This document shows positions 1 to 11,588 of a stretch of 20,228 nt of DNA, in pieces. The first letter of the stretch is position 1; each line of letters opens with the position of its first letter. The notes below the pieces were generated by a model. It was given only the letters and a program-made list of their open reading frames with translations, was not told the DNA's origin and did no database searches. Source of the DNA: Perkinsela sp. CCAP 1560/9 (taxonomy: Eukaryota > Protista > Euglenozoa: Kinetoplastea); the NCBI GenBank assembly GCA_965644495.1, contig CBFFSA010000102.1:1-20228 (forward strand), in the 5' to 3' direction. Both the position numbers and the translations under genes were made by a program.

Positions 1-1
1 A

Positions 2-181
2 CAACTGAAGACACCTGAGGAGTCTCAGACAGACAAATCTTTGCAAAAACTGCTTAAAAATAGAGCCTTAGACAAGGGAAAGGCGAAAACTTTGCCAGCA
101 CCCAAGCGCGGGGCTGAGGCAAAAGGGAGACCCCAAGGGAAAGTAGCGAGAACTGGTGGCAAGAGGAAACCCTCTGAGTAG
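2..181 (+). CDS. Possible basic C-terminal end of an ORF entering from the left
   Basis: Frame 2 is open from the window start: QLKTPEESQTDK...GGKRKPSE*. No recognisable motif. Confidence 0.3.
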   Translation, partial: QLKTPEESQTDKSLQKLLKNRALDKGKAKTLPAPKRGAEAKGRPQGKVARTGGKRKPSE

Positions 182-861
182 GTGTGATAAGACGGAAGTG
201 TTCTCCGCTGGTAGGCCTGGGATACCCTGAGGAATATTTGTAAGATTAACGAAAAGTAATGCGTGTTTTCAGGAGTAGTACACATATAAACTCTGAATTT
301 GGAGGTGGAAGAGTATAAGTTTGAGAGAACAATGTTATGTATTCTAACCGACTTACGTCGGTCTATTGGATTGGATGGATTGGATTGGACCTTTTCATTA
401 GTTCAAATGAGGTAGGCCGATGGACAGCCTTTAAACATTGGAACAAAGATCTGAACTGTACTCTATTCTATGCATTTGGTTCTTGCCTTATCGTTCAGAA
501 TGTTGAAATGTTCCTTCGTCATCGAGAAAAGTGTAAGTATAAACCTATTAACGAAGCTGGGAAAGCATTGTTGGTGAAGAAGTTCAAGGAGCACAAGCCC
601 ATTCCACCGAGGTACCCCAACCCTACGACGCGGAGTCCTTGCGCGGAGTTTCAGTCAACTATACCTACGTACTTCTCTCGTAAACGAAACGTGGAAAATA
701 ATACTCAGTAGCTATAAATAAATAAATAATGCTCATTTCTCGACATCATACTGCATATTCATTTAACAACTTTTCATTACCGCTTCTTTTCATTACCGTT
801 CTTTTTGGGGTGCAGTCAGTTTGCTATTTCAATTGCACCTTGTTTAAATTGCTTTTGGACC

Positions 862-2700
862 AAACCTTTTGTTACGTTTACTGTTTCGAAATCATGGATA
901 TGCTAACCTCCTTAACCACCGATCTTTTGAGGTCCTCTTCTCGTCTTTCAGGCTCTTCCGAGAAAAAAAAATACCCACAGCTACCCACAGATACTCACAG
1001 CAGCCCACAGCGATTCACAGAAATTTACAGAAACTCACACATACCTACAGATACTAACTACATATTTAGGCTCTTCGTTAAACGCGGTGGTTGTTTTCAA
1101 CTTAGAAGTCACTCATGCTGCGCTCTTCGCGTTGAAAACTACCACCGCGTTTAACGAAGAGCCTAAAAAAGAAAATTTAGCCTGGAAAACGGAAAGATTA
1201 TAGCCAAAAATAGCCGAATTTCGGGTAAAAATGGGGTGATTTTCGCGTATTTTTGCTGTCAGAGCACTAAATCCGACATTTGCGCGTTGGAAATCACTCG
1301 TAGGCATGAATGGAAGCCTACCGAACTGTTGTACTTATTGTTTTGGGTAGAGAATGTGACTCCAACCATACCATTCTTTCGACACAAAAATGCCCCTTTA
1401 GGGCCGAAAAATACTTTTTCACCTTTTTTAATCAAAAATGGGTCATTTTGAGGGGCGCACCACGGTTCGAAGAATGGATACCTTGCGAAAACAACTGCGG
1501 AGAAAGCTAGTGTAAGTCCCAAACTATCAAAATACAATAGGGGAAATGATTTTGGAAAAATATGTTTTTTGCCATTTTTTTCCCCAAGTTGAAATCTTTT
1601 TCAAATTTTTTTTTCCGAAAAAATCCGTACTTGGCGGACCCGTCCTGCGGATACGCGGGGGTTTTACTAACAAAAGTAACCTTTTGTTACTTTTACTGTT
1701 TCGAAATCATGGATATGCTAACCTCCTTAACCACCGATCTTTTGAGGTCCTCTTCTCGTCTTTCAGGCTCTTCCGAGGAAAAAAAATACCCACAGCTACT
1801 CACAGATACTCACAGCAGCCCACAGCGATTCACAGAAATTTACAGAAACTCACACATACCTACAGATACTAACTACATATTTAGGCTCTTCGTTAAACGC
1901 GGTGGTTGTTTTCAACTTAGAAGTCACTCATGCTGCGCTCTTCGCGTTGAAAACTACCGCCGCGTTTAACGAAGAGCCTAAAAAAGAAAATTTAGCCTGG
2001 AAAACGGAAAGATTATAGCCAAAAATAGCCGAATTTCGGGTAAAAATGGGGTGATTTTCGCGTATGTTTGCTGTCAGAGCACTAAATCCGACATTTGCGC
2101 GTTGGAAATCACTCGTAGGCATGAATGGAAGCCTACCGAACGTATTGGGTAGAGAATGCGACCCCAACCATACCATTCTTTCGACACAAAAATGCCCCTT
2201 TAGGGCCGAAAAATACTTTTTCACCTTTTTTAATCAAAAATGGGTCATTTTGAGGGGCGCACCACGGTTCGAAGAATGGATACCTTGCGAAAACAACTGC
2301 GGAGAAAGCTAGTGTAAGTCCCAAACTATCAAAATACAATAGGGGAAATGATTTTGGAAAAATATTTTTTTTGCCATTTTTTTCCCCAAGTTGAAATCTT
2401 TTTCAAATTTTTTTTCCGAAAAAATCCGTACTTGGCGGACCCGTCCTGCGGATACGCGGGGGTTTTACTAACAAAAGTAACCTTTTGTTACTTTTACTGT
2501 TTCGAAATCATGGATATGCTAACCTCCTTAACCACCGATCTTTTGAGGTCCTCTTCTCGTCTTTCAGGCTCTTCCGAGGAAAAAAAATACCCACAGCTAC
2601 TCACAGATACTCACAGCAGCCCAAAGCAACTGCGGAGAAAGCTAGTGTAAGTCCCAAACTATCAAAATACAATAGGGGAAATGATTTTGGAAAAATATTT
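862..2700 (+). repeat. Head-to-tail ~0.8-kb unit: 862-1677, 1678-2478 and an internally deleted third copy 2479-2700
   Basis: Near-identical sequence and recurring ORF-track peptides. Copy 3 jumps from CAGCAGCCCA (~2623) to CAACTGCGGAG. A partial fourth copy lies at ~16180-16757. Confidence 0.93.
1065..1167. repeat. 37-bp inverted repeat with 29-nt spacer (also at ~1880-1982 and ~16180-16271)
   Basis: TTTAGGCTCTTCGTTAAACGCGGTGGTTGTTTTCAAC / GTTGAAAACTACCACCGCGTTTAACGAAGAGCCTAAA, one mismatch. Confidence 0.9.
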
Positions 2701-2703
2701 ATT

Positions 2704-2955
2704 ATGTGGCGCTCCACGGGCCCAGAGATCATGCGAGGGCGAACGGGCTTGCTTTCCAAGTGTCTCTTGTATACTCTCTCAGCACGGGTGGCCTCGTACC
2801 GCCGACCCCGTTTTTTATTTCTGGCCAGCTCGCGGCTAACGGTGCTATGTGATTTTCCGATAGCCCTGCCGATCCCACGTCTCGTGGATCCCGCCTCGAA
2901 AATCCCTTGTATTGTGCGTCTCTCTCCTTCACTGAGCCGCCTATACTTTGTCATG
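2704..2955 (-). pseudogene. IS30-like transposase HTH fragment, copy 2
   Basis: MTKYRRLSEGERRTIQ...HSTVSRELARN...ISGPVERHI; near-identical to 7866-8108. Confidence 0.75.
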
Positions 2956-3010
2956 ACGAAGGAAGGAAAAAAATCGAGTACAGTGCGGGGCTTTAGGCTA
3001 TGTCTCGGGT

Positions 3011-3058
3011 TCGTTGAAATTTCAACGACGTGGCTACACTTCGTTGAAATTTCAACGA
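3011..3058. repeat. Two copies of the perfect 18-bp palindrome TCGTTGAAATTTCAACGA, 30-bp period
   Basis: 3011-3028 and 3041-3058. Confidence 0.9.
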
Positions 3059-3964
3059 GTGTGATTCTGCAGACAATCAATGACAAAGTTTGCGAGCAAT
3101 GCCTCTGTTTGCGCGAGCGAATCTATTTTTAAGAGAGCCCGGGAGGTCGAGCGGGCGGGTGAACCAACGTCTGCGACTACCGCAGGATTGTGTATAGACA
3201 TTTGGTTGAGGGACCCATGCACTGTTAACGAAGTTGCTGCCAGTTCTAAACTCGTAGGGGAGATTGTGCAAGGTGATGTGGGCGACTAACGGACAATTTG
3301 CAGACGAGTAACGCGCGGTACGGAGTTAACCATGTGGATTTAATTCAGTGATAAAAAAATTTAAACTAAAACAGAACAAAGGATGTGCATTGGGCTGATT
3401 TTATATAGGAAGTGAGTCACCCGTTTCTTATGAAAATTTTTTTCTGTGTCACTAAGCGCGCGTAGTAGAATAAGTACCTGAACATAACTTCGAGGATTTA
3501 CATGACACCGAGCAAAACCACAGAAAAGTTCAGTTTCGACGTAATTAGAAAAATAAAATGTACATGAAAACGTTGCTGTGGACGAGAGATCGTGGGGGTG
3601 GGGGTCGCTAGGCCCCCTGACCTGTGGCCACTAGCCTGGCCTTCAAAGTATGTACAGAAAGATATGTACAGAAAGTATGTACAAAAAAAGAAAGATTGTT
3701 AATTTTCAGGTTATGATGATGATGATGATAATTTTCAGGTTATAAATGGGGTAATTTTCGGGGATATAATTTACTCTTTTTCAATCTATTGTTCAATAGT
3801 GTCTGATTCTTCTCCTTCTCCTGCTACTTCTTCGGCTTCCGTCGATAATATGTCACGATCATCCGAGGAGTGGCTGCAGTGAATGTCGCTGACATCTTCG
3901 AATTCGTCGCGTGCCTCCCATCCGTAGTGATTCCGGATGCACTCCAAGATGTTCATGAAACGAA

Positions 3965-4433
3965 GAAGAAGAAGAACAAGAAGAAGAACAAGAAGAAGAA
4001 GAAGAAGAAGAAGAAGAAGAAGACACGGAGGTCTCTGCAGCGCCAACCGTTAGGGTAGAGTCTCAGGCCACCGACCTTCATTGTCTTGCCACCCACTTCC
4101 CAGACGGCACTCGACGCCTTGCGGCCCGAGCACGGCTACCCAACCGTAGCTACCAGGACGGGCGTCCAACCCCGTTGCATCGTGTAGGCTGTGTCTCAAG
4201 CCTCCTTTGCGTAAGCAGCTCGCAATTTAGCGGCTGCTCTGGAGCCTGGTTCAGCTCGGCGGTTCCGGGTCGGTCCTCCAGGGGAGCGGGGTTGGGTGTG
4301 GGCCTTGAAGGCACTCCTGATCGCTTTCCCTTTGTAATGAGGCCGCCAGGTTGCGAGTTTTGTCGATAGCGGGAATCGAACCCACAACCTGCAGGTTGTA
4401 AGGCCCACCGTCTAACAACTACGCCCACGCCGC
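3965..4433 (-). mobile_element. tRNA-derived SINE with (CTT)n tail
   Basis: The minus-strand head has A-box-like TGGGCGTAGTTGTTAG, a CTTACAA loop and B-box GGTTCGATTCC. It is followed by a GC-rich body and a (TTC)n tail. 12-bp TSD TCATGAAACGAA at 3953-3964 and 4434-4445. Confidence 0.85.
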
Positions 4434-5614
4434 TCATGAAACGAACCTGCCATGCTTCTCTGCGCTTCGTGTGTGGGGGCTCCGCCTTCTGCCTTTTTGC
4501 CTTGCGCCTCCACCTTCCTCTACGGCCTTGTGTATCCCAAACTTCAATTGGAAAAAAGCATACGCGGAAAATCGGACTTTCCAAATCGCTTCCGAAGAAG
4601 GGGGTCTCGAGTCGTCCAAAAGGTGCTTTTTTCTTTCCTAAAACTATCTATTTATGCTGCAGCCTTTCGTTCTTTGCGAAAAAAACTTTTTCCGAAAATA
4701 TATTTTTTCGTGCCAAATTTCGGGCTAAATATCGGGCCAAATTTTACATCACACACTTCCGGGTAAAGTTTGGCCTTTGTAGGTGCACTATCGGAACAGG
4801 GTGGAGAAATATCAAATGAAACCAAAGAGTATACAGGTATAGAAGGCTCTAAACTCTCAAAAAACGGTCTAGGAGTTGATTTGGGAAAAATGTATTTTTT
4901 GACTTTCACCCATAATTTTTCAGTTTTCTTTTTCAAAATTTCAAAAATTGCTAGGATCACCCTAGTGGGGAGGGGGGGCAGTGGATACCCATCGGAATTG
5001 TTGAAAAACTAGTGATCTCGTCGCTTAATTCGATTCATACGTCTGTCTTTTTTCCTTGCGCCCCCTCCTTCCTCATCGGCATTGCATGTCACACACTTCC
5101 GGGTAAAGTTTGGCCTTTGTAGGTGTATTACCGGAACAGGGTGGAGAAATATCGAACGAAACCAAAGAGTATGCTTGTCTTCATGCCATAAGGGAGATAA
5201 CGTTTTTCCTGTGGAAACTACCGCACCTACACTGTTGGTATCTCCCTAGTCCCCTTTACCCTGGGTTACATAGTAAAAACATGTTCCCTAGGACTCCTTA
5301 CAGATTCCCACGCGAGGAAGTCGTCGTCGCTGCGGTAAAAGGGAAGAAAGCTCCGCCTTCTACTTTTTGCCTTGCGCCTCCTCCTTCCTCTACGGTCTTT
5401 TGTATCCCAAACTTCAAGTTGAAAAAAGCATACGTGAAAAATCGGGCTTTCCAAATCGCTTCCGAAGAAGGGGGTCTCGAGTCGTCCAAAACGTGCTTTT
5501 TTCTTTCCTAAAACTATCTATTTATGGTGCCGCCTTTCGTGCTTTGCGAAAAAAACTTTTTCCGAAATTGTTTTTTTCGGGCCAAATTTCGGGCAAAATA
5601 TGGGGCCAAATTTT

Positions 5615-5725
5615 ATTAATACTGGGTAGCGAGAGAGTTATATCTCCCTCAATAAGAAACATCCTAGGAAGAGGGTTTGGCACCCACTCAATGAAACGCG
5701 GGGCAACCAGGGTAAACTGGACGAG
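5615..5725 (+). pseudogene. Possible tyrosine recombinase fragment (DIRS/TATE-like)
   Basis: The peptide IRNILGRGFGTHSMKRGATR resembles the HS(I/L)(K/R)RG(A/G) catalytic box. It is very short and bounded by other repeats. Confidence 0.45.
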
Positions 5726-5897
5726 GGAGGCGGAGGTGGCGGAGTGGCAAGAATTCAAAGTTTGAAGCACATGGTGCTCAGACGGCGAGTTCAAACCCGT
5801 TCATCGCAATATTCCTGGCGGCCTCACTCTAAGAGGCTGAGCCTCACCTCAGGGAACCAGCTCTCTTACCCGGCTTACACCTCTTGGGTAAGAAAGA

Positions 5898-6046
5898 GCC
5901 CGTTTTTTATTTCTGGCCAGCTCGCGGCTAACGGTGCTATGTGATTTTCCGATAGCCCTGCCGATCCCACGTCTCGTGGATCCCGCCTCGAAAATCCCTT
6001 GTATTGTGCGTCTCTCTCCTTCACTGAGCCGCCTATACTTTGTCAT
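5898..6046 (-). pseudogene. IS30-like transposase HTH fragment, copy 3
   Basis: Matches copy 2 over ~180 bp including the upstream flank; truncated after ELARNKKR. Confidence 0.75.
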
Positions 6047-7699
6047 GACGAAGGAAGGAAAAAAATCGAGTACAGTGCAGTTTGAAGCACATGGTGCTCA
6101 GACGGCGAGTTCAAACCCGCTCATCGCAATATTCCAAGCGGCCTCACTCTAAGAGGCTGGGCTGATAACCGACTAGGCCCAGTACTCGTAAGACCGTCCC
6201 GGACCCTCCCCTCATGGAACCAGCTCTCTTACCCGGCGTACACCTCTTGGGTAAGCCGTGTTGACGTACAGTTCGTCGACGCAGCGTGTTGGCAACAGCA
6301 CGTTGCTGCAGCCTTGGACAAGCGGAAACTGGTAGAGGACGTCGGCCTCGGAACTTCCAAATCTGTCTGTGAAGGGTCTGGCTTGCCAGTGAACATCCGG
6401 AGCGATCCGGAATGATTTGGATTGTTTTGGGACGAAGGATATACCAACAGTGTAGATGCGGCAGTTTCCACAGGAAAAACGGCATCTCTGCCTTTTTAGG
6501 CGCTTGTCTTCATGCCATAAGGGAGATAACGTTTTTCCTGTGGAAACTACCGGACCTATACTGTTGGTATCTTCCTCATCCCCTTTACCCTGGGTTACAT
6601 AGTAAAAACATGTTCCCTAGGACTCCTTACAGCTTCCTACGCGAGGAAGTCGTCGTCGCTGCGGTAAAAGGGAAGAAAGCTCCGCCTTCTGCTTTTTGCC
6701 TTGCGCTTCCTCCTTCCTCTACGGTCTTGTGTATCCCAAACTTCAAGTTGAAAAAAGCATACGTGAAAAATCGGGCTTTCCAAATCGCTTCCGAAGAAGG
6801 GGGTCTCGAGTCGTCCAAAAGGTGCTTTTTCCTTTCCTAAAACTATCTACATGTATTTATGGTGCTGACTTTCTGTATCTCCCTCAATAAGATCCATTCT
6901 TATTGAAAGGAAGCCCCTGTCCCTTGGGGAATGACCTGAATCTTGTCCGGTACTCCCCATGTACTAAATAACTAGGACGAGATGATGGAAAGTGACAAGT
7001 TTTTGCCGTCTGCCATGATGCCAATTTTGGTCGTCGTCGGGCAAAAACTCCTCTCACAAAGGGCGCTAAGGGCATTGGTTGCCTTCTTTGAAGGCCGCTG
7101 GTGAGCGAGCTTCGCAAGCTCCGCGTACCCTGGCGAGTTACCTCCCCTGGTGGAAAGTCAAAGTATCGACTTTCTAGCTCATTATTTTAATGAGCTCACG
7201 GGAGGTTGACGAGGGCTTTCTCCCTCGCGTGGATATCGTTTATCGACACGTGTGTCGAAACCGTAATTACTTACAGCGCAGTCACCGACCCCTTTTTTAT
7301 CAAGTTTTACCAATTTTATCACTCCTGGAGGCATAAGCCCCCGTTTGCGAGCAAGGCCCAACTGTGTGCGTAGCCCTGGGACATAATAATGTCGCGCACT
7401 GAGAACCTATGTCTTCTACTTCCGCAGGATTGTCAAGTGGCAAGGCTAGTTGACCCGTTCGCGATCAATTTTCTTCTTATCACGAAAAAATTACTCCCCT
7501 AAAAAAATTGATTTTTTGTGAACGCATCTTAGAAACTTCACGCCGCTTTTTTTTGTGGAAAAAAAAACGCTCGTTTACTAAGTGATAGTAAAAGTTTTGT
7601 ACTCTCTTAATCCCTTGATGATTTGATTCGCCACTTCTTCGGCATGCTTCGATCGCAGAACACGCAGAACAAGGGATCTGCTCTTCAGCTCACACAAGG

Positions 7700-8108
7700 T
7701 CAAAATGTAACCTGAGTCCGAAGAGGTTTGTACAGTTTCCCACATACGTGCTTATCACGTGCCACGTGGCGATAAACAGTAGCCACAGAAGGCGAATCTT
7801 GCGTCCCAACAACTAGAGTGTTGGCAACCTGTTCTGGACTGTGAAGCTGCCCTAAGCGCTTCTCGATGTGGCGCTCCACGGGGCCAGAGATCAGGCGAGG
7901 GCTTGCTTTCCAAGCGTCTCTTGTATACTCTCTCAGCACGGGTGGCCTCGTACCGCCGACCCCGTTTTTTATTTCGGGCCAGCTCGCGGCTAACGGTGCT
8001 ATGTGATTTTCCGATAGCCTTGCCGATCTCACGTCTCGTGGATCCCGCCTCGAAAATCTCTTGTATTGTGCTTCTCTCTCCTCCACTGAGCCGCCTATAC
8101 TTTGTCAT
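7700..8108 (-). pseudogene. IS30-family-like transposase N-terminal fragment (HTH), frameshifted, lacking the DDE domain
   Basis: YRRLSGGERSTIQ..GSTRREIGKAIGKSHSTVSRELARN, then after a frameshift IEKRL..HSPEQVANTL..SVATVYRHV..D...GKLYKPLR. This matches the IS30 N-terminal pattern (SPSTISRELxRN; WSPEQI; ETIY). Confidence 0.8.
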
Positions 8109-8263
8109 GACGAAGGAAGGAAAAAAATCGAGTACAGTGCGGGGCTTTATTACGGGGACGGGTTAATTAATGGACACCCCCTTAAACCCGTCCCTTAATT
8201 CTCCATTTTGTTTTCTAAGAATCTCTATACCTTTTTCTTTCAATTATCTTCCTTTACTTTTTG

Positions 8264-11200
8264 ACCATCTTTTTGTTAAGACCATCTTTTTGTTAAGACC
8301 ATCTTTTTGTTAAGACCATCTTTTTGTTAAGACCATCTTTTTGTTAAGACCATCTTTTTGTTAAGACCATCTTTTGTTTAAGACCATCTTTTTGTTAAGA
8401 CCATCTTTTTGTTAAGACCATCTTTTTGTTAAGACCATCTTTTTGTTAAGACCATCTTTTTGTTAAGACCATCTTTTTGTTAAGACCATCTTTTTGTTAA
8501 GACCATCTTTTTGTTAAGACCATCTTTTTGTTAAGACCATCTTTTTGTTAAGACCATCTTTTTGTTAAGACCATCTTTTTGTTAAGACCATCTTTTTGTT
8601 AAGACCATCTTTTTGTTAAGACCATCTTTTTGTTAAGACCATCTTTTTGTTAAGACCATCTTTTTGTTAAGACCATCTTTTTGTTAAGACCATCTTTTTG
8701 TTAAGACCATCTTTTTGTTAAGACCATCTTTTTGTTAAGACCATCTTTTTGTTAAGACCATCTTTTTGTTAAGACCATCTTTTTGTTAAGACCATCTTTT
8801 TGTTAAGACCATCTTTTTGTTAAGACCATCTTTTTGTTAAGACCATCTTTTTGTTAAGACCATCTTTTTGTTAAGACCATCTTTTTGTTAAGACCATCTT
8901 TTTGTTAAGACCATCTTTTTGTTAAGACCATCTTTTTGTTAAGACCATCTTTTTGTTAAGACCATCTTTTTGTTAAGACCATCTTTTTGTTAAGACCATC
9001 TTTTTGTTAAGACCATCTTTTTGTTAAGACCATCTTTTTGTTAAGACCATCTTTTTGTTAAGACCATCTTTTTGTTAAGACCATCTTTTTGTTAAGACCA
9101 TCTTTTTGTTAAGACCATCTTTTTGTTAAGACCATCTTTTTGTTAAGACCATCTTTTTGTTAAGACCATCTTTTTGTTAAGACCATCTTTTTGTTAAGAC
9201 CATCTTTTTGTTAAGACCATCTTTTTGTTAAGACCATCTTTTTGTTAAGACCATCTTTTTGTTAAGACCATCTTTTTGTTAAGACCATCTTTTTGTTAAG
9301 ACCATCTTTTTGTTAAGACCATCTTTTTGTTAAGACCATCTTTTTGTTAAGACCATCTTTTTGTTAAGACCATCTTTTTGTTAAGACCATCTTTTTGTTA
9401 AGACCATCTTTTTGTTAAGACCATCTTTTTGTTAAGACCATCTTTTTGTTAAGACCATCTTTTTGTTAAGACCATCTTTTTGTTAAGACCATCTTTTTGT
9501 TAAGACCATCTTTTTGTTAAGACCATCTTTTTGTTAAGACCATCTTTTTGTTAAGACCATCTTTTTGTTAAGACCATCTTTTTGTTAAGACCATCTTTTT
9601 GTTAAGACCATCTTTTTGTTAAGACCATCTTTTTGTTAAGACCATCTTTTTGTTAAGACCATCTTTTTGTTAAGACCATCTTTTTGTTAAGACCATCTTT
9701 TTGTTAAGACCATCTTTTTGTTAAGACCATCTTTTTGTTAAGACCATCTTTTTGTTAAGACCATCTTTTTGTTAAGACCATCTTTTTGTTAAGACCATCT
9801 TTTTGTTAAGACCATCTTTTTGTTAAGACCATCTTTTTGTTAAGACCATCTTTTTGTTAAGACCATCTTTTTGTTAAGACCATCTTTTTGTTAAGACCAT
9901 CTTTTTGTTAAGACCATCTTTTTGTTAAGACCATCTTTTTGTTAAGACCATCTTTTTGTTAAGACCATCTTTTTGTTAAGACCATCTTTTTGTTAAGACC
10001 ATCTTTTTGTTAAGACCATCTTTTTGTTAAGACCATCTTTTTGTTAAGACCATCTTTTTGTTAAGACCATCTTTTTGTTAAGACCATCTTTTTGTTAAGA
10101 CCATCTTTTTGTTAAGACCATCTTTTTGTTAAGACCATCTTTTTGTTAAGACCATCTTTTTGTTAAGACCATCTTTTTGTTAAGACCATCTTTTTGTTAA
10201 GACCATCTTTTTGTTAAGACCATCTTTTTGTTAAGACCATCTTTTTGTTAAGACCATCTTTTTGTTAAGACCATCTTTTTGTTAAGACCATCTTTTTGTT
10301 AAGACCATCTTTTTGTTAAGACCATCTTTTTGTTAAGACCATCTTTTTGTTAAGACCATCTTTTTGTTAAGACCATCTTTTTGTTAAGACCATCTTTTTG
10401 TTAAGACCATCTTTTTGTTAAGACCATCTTTTTGTTAAGACCATCTTTTTGTTAAGACCATCTTTTTGTTAAGACCATCTTTTTGTTAAGACCATCTTTT
10501 TGTTAAGACCATCTTTTTGTTAAGACCATCTTTTTGTTAAGACCATCTTTTTGTTAAGACCATCTTTTTGTTAAGACCATCTTTTTGTTAAGACCATCTT
10601 TTTGTTAAGACCATCTTTTTGTTAAGACCATCTTTTTGTTAAGACCATCTTTTTGTTAAGACCATCTTTTTGTTAAGACCATCTTTTTGTTAAGACCATC
10701 TTTTTGTTAAGACCATCTTTTTGTTAAGACCATCTTTTTGTTAAGACCATCTTTTTGTTAAGACCATCTTTTTGTTAAGACCATCTTTTTGTTAAGACCA
10801 TCTTTTTGTTAAGACCATCTTTTTGTTAAGACCATCTTTTTGTTAAGACCATCTTTTTGTTAAGACCATCTTTTTGTTAAGACCATCTTTTTGTTAAGAC
10901 CATCTTTTTGTTAAGACCATCTTTTTGTTAAGACCATCTTTTTGTTAAGACCATCTTTTTGTTAAGACCATCTTTTTGTTAAGACCATCTTTTTGTTAAG
11001 ACCATCTTTTTGTTAAGACCATCTTTTTGTTAAGACCATCTTTTTGTTAAGACCATCTTTTTGTTAAGACCATCTTTTTGTTAAGACCATCTTTTTGTTA
11101 AGACCATCTTTTTGTTAAGACCATCTTTTTGTTAAGACCATCTTTTTGTTAAGACCATCTTTTTGTTAAGACCATCTTTTTGTTAAGACCATCTTTTTGT

Positions 11201-11577
11201 TAAGACCATCTTTTTGTTAAGACCATCTTTTTGTTAAGACCATCTTTTTGTTAAGACCATCTTTTTGTTAAGACCATCTTTTTGTTAAGACCATCTTTTT
11301 GTTAAGACCATCTTTTTGTTAAGACCATCTTTTTGTTAAGACCATCTTTTTGTTAAGACCATCTTTTTGTTAAGACCATCTTTTTGTTAAGACCATCTTT
11401 TTGTTAAGACCATCTTTTTGTTAAGACCATCTTTTTGTTAAGACCATCTTTTTGTTAAGACCATCTTTTTGTTAAGACCATCTTTTGTTAAGACCATCTT
11501 TTTGTTAAGACCATCTTTTTGTTAAGACCATCTTTTTGTTAAGACCATCTTTTTGTTAAGACCATCTTTTTGTTAAG
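8264..11577 (+). repeat. Tandem array of 195 x 17-bp ACCATCTTTTTGTTAAG
   Basis: 3314 bp, equal to 195 units with one 16-bp unit (~11480). One other variant unit is seen (~8375). The array ends 11 nt before the ATG at 11589. Confidence 0.98.
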
Positions 11578-11588
11578 ATTTTAACAAA

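Larger units (their letters stand above)
4479..6862 (+). repeat. Dispersed direct duplications: ~4479-4744, ~5350-5612 and ~6679-6862; also ~4749-4832 with ~5089-5172, and ~5173-5530 with ~6502-6862
   Basis: Shared diverged blocks, e.g. CCAAATCGCTTCCGAAGAAGGGGGTCTCGAGTCGTCCAAAA three times. Confidence 0.88.

Noticed and set aside
337-711. 124-aa ORF
   Set aside because: No recognisable domain, and it includes a GGATT micro-repeat; it cannot be supported as a gene.
729-2650. Many short ORFs in the 0.8-kb units
   Set aside because: Frames shift between copies, the sequence is homopolymer-rich, and there are no motifs.
3646-3685. Kinetoplastid spliced-leader-like TTTCTGTAC on the minus strand (also GAACAGTTTCT at ~15870)
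   Set aside because: Only 9-11 nt match, with no 39-nt exon or donor site.
3786-4058. Poly-Leu and poly-Lys ORFs
   Set aside because: They are translations of the SINE (CTT)n tail.
4362-4433. Functional tRNA-Val(TAC) gene
   Set aside because: The acceptor and anticodon stems pair poorly. It is better explained as the SINE head.
8264-11577. CRISPR array or telomere
   Set aside because: There are no spacers and no cas genes. The array is internal, enclosed by a TSD and not a G-rich telomeric motif.
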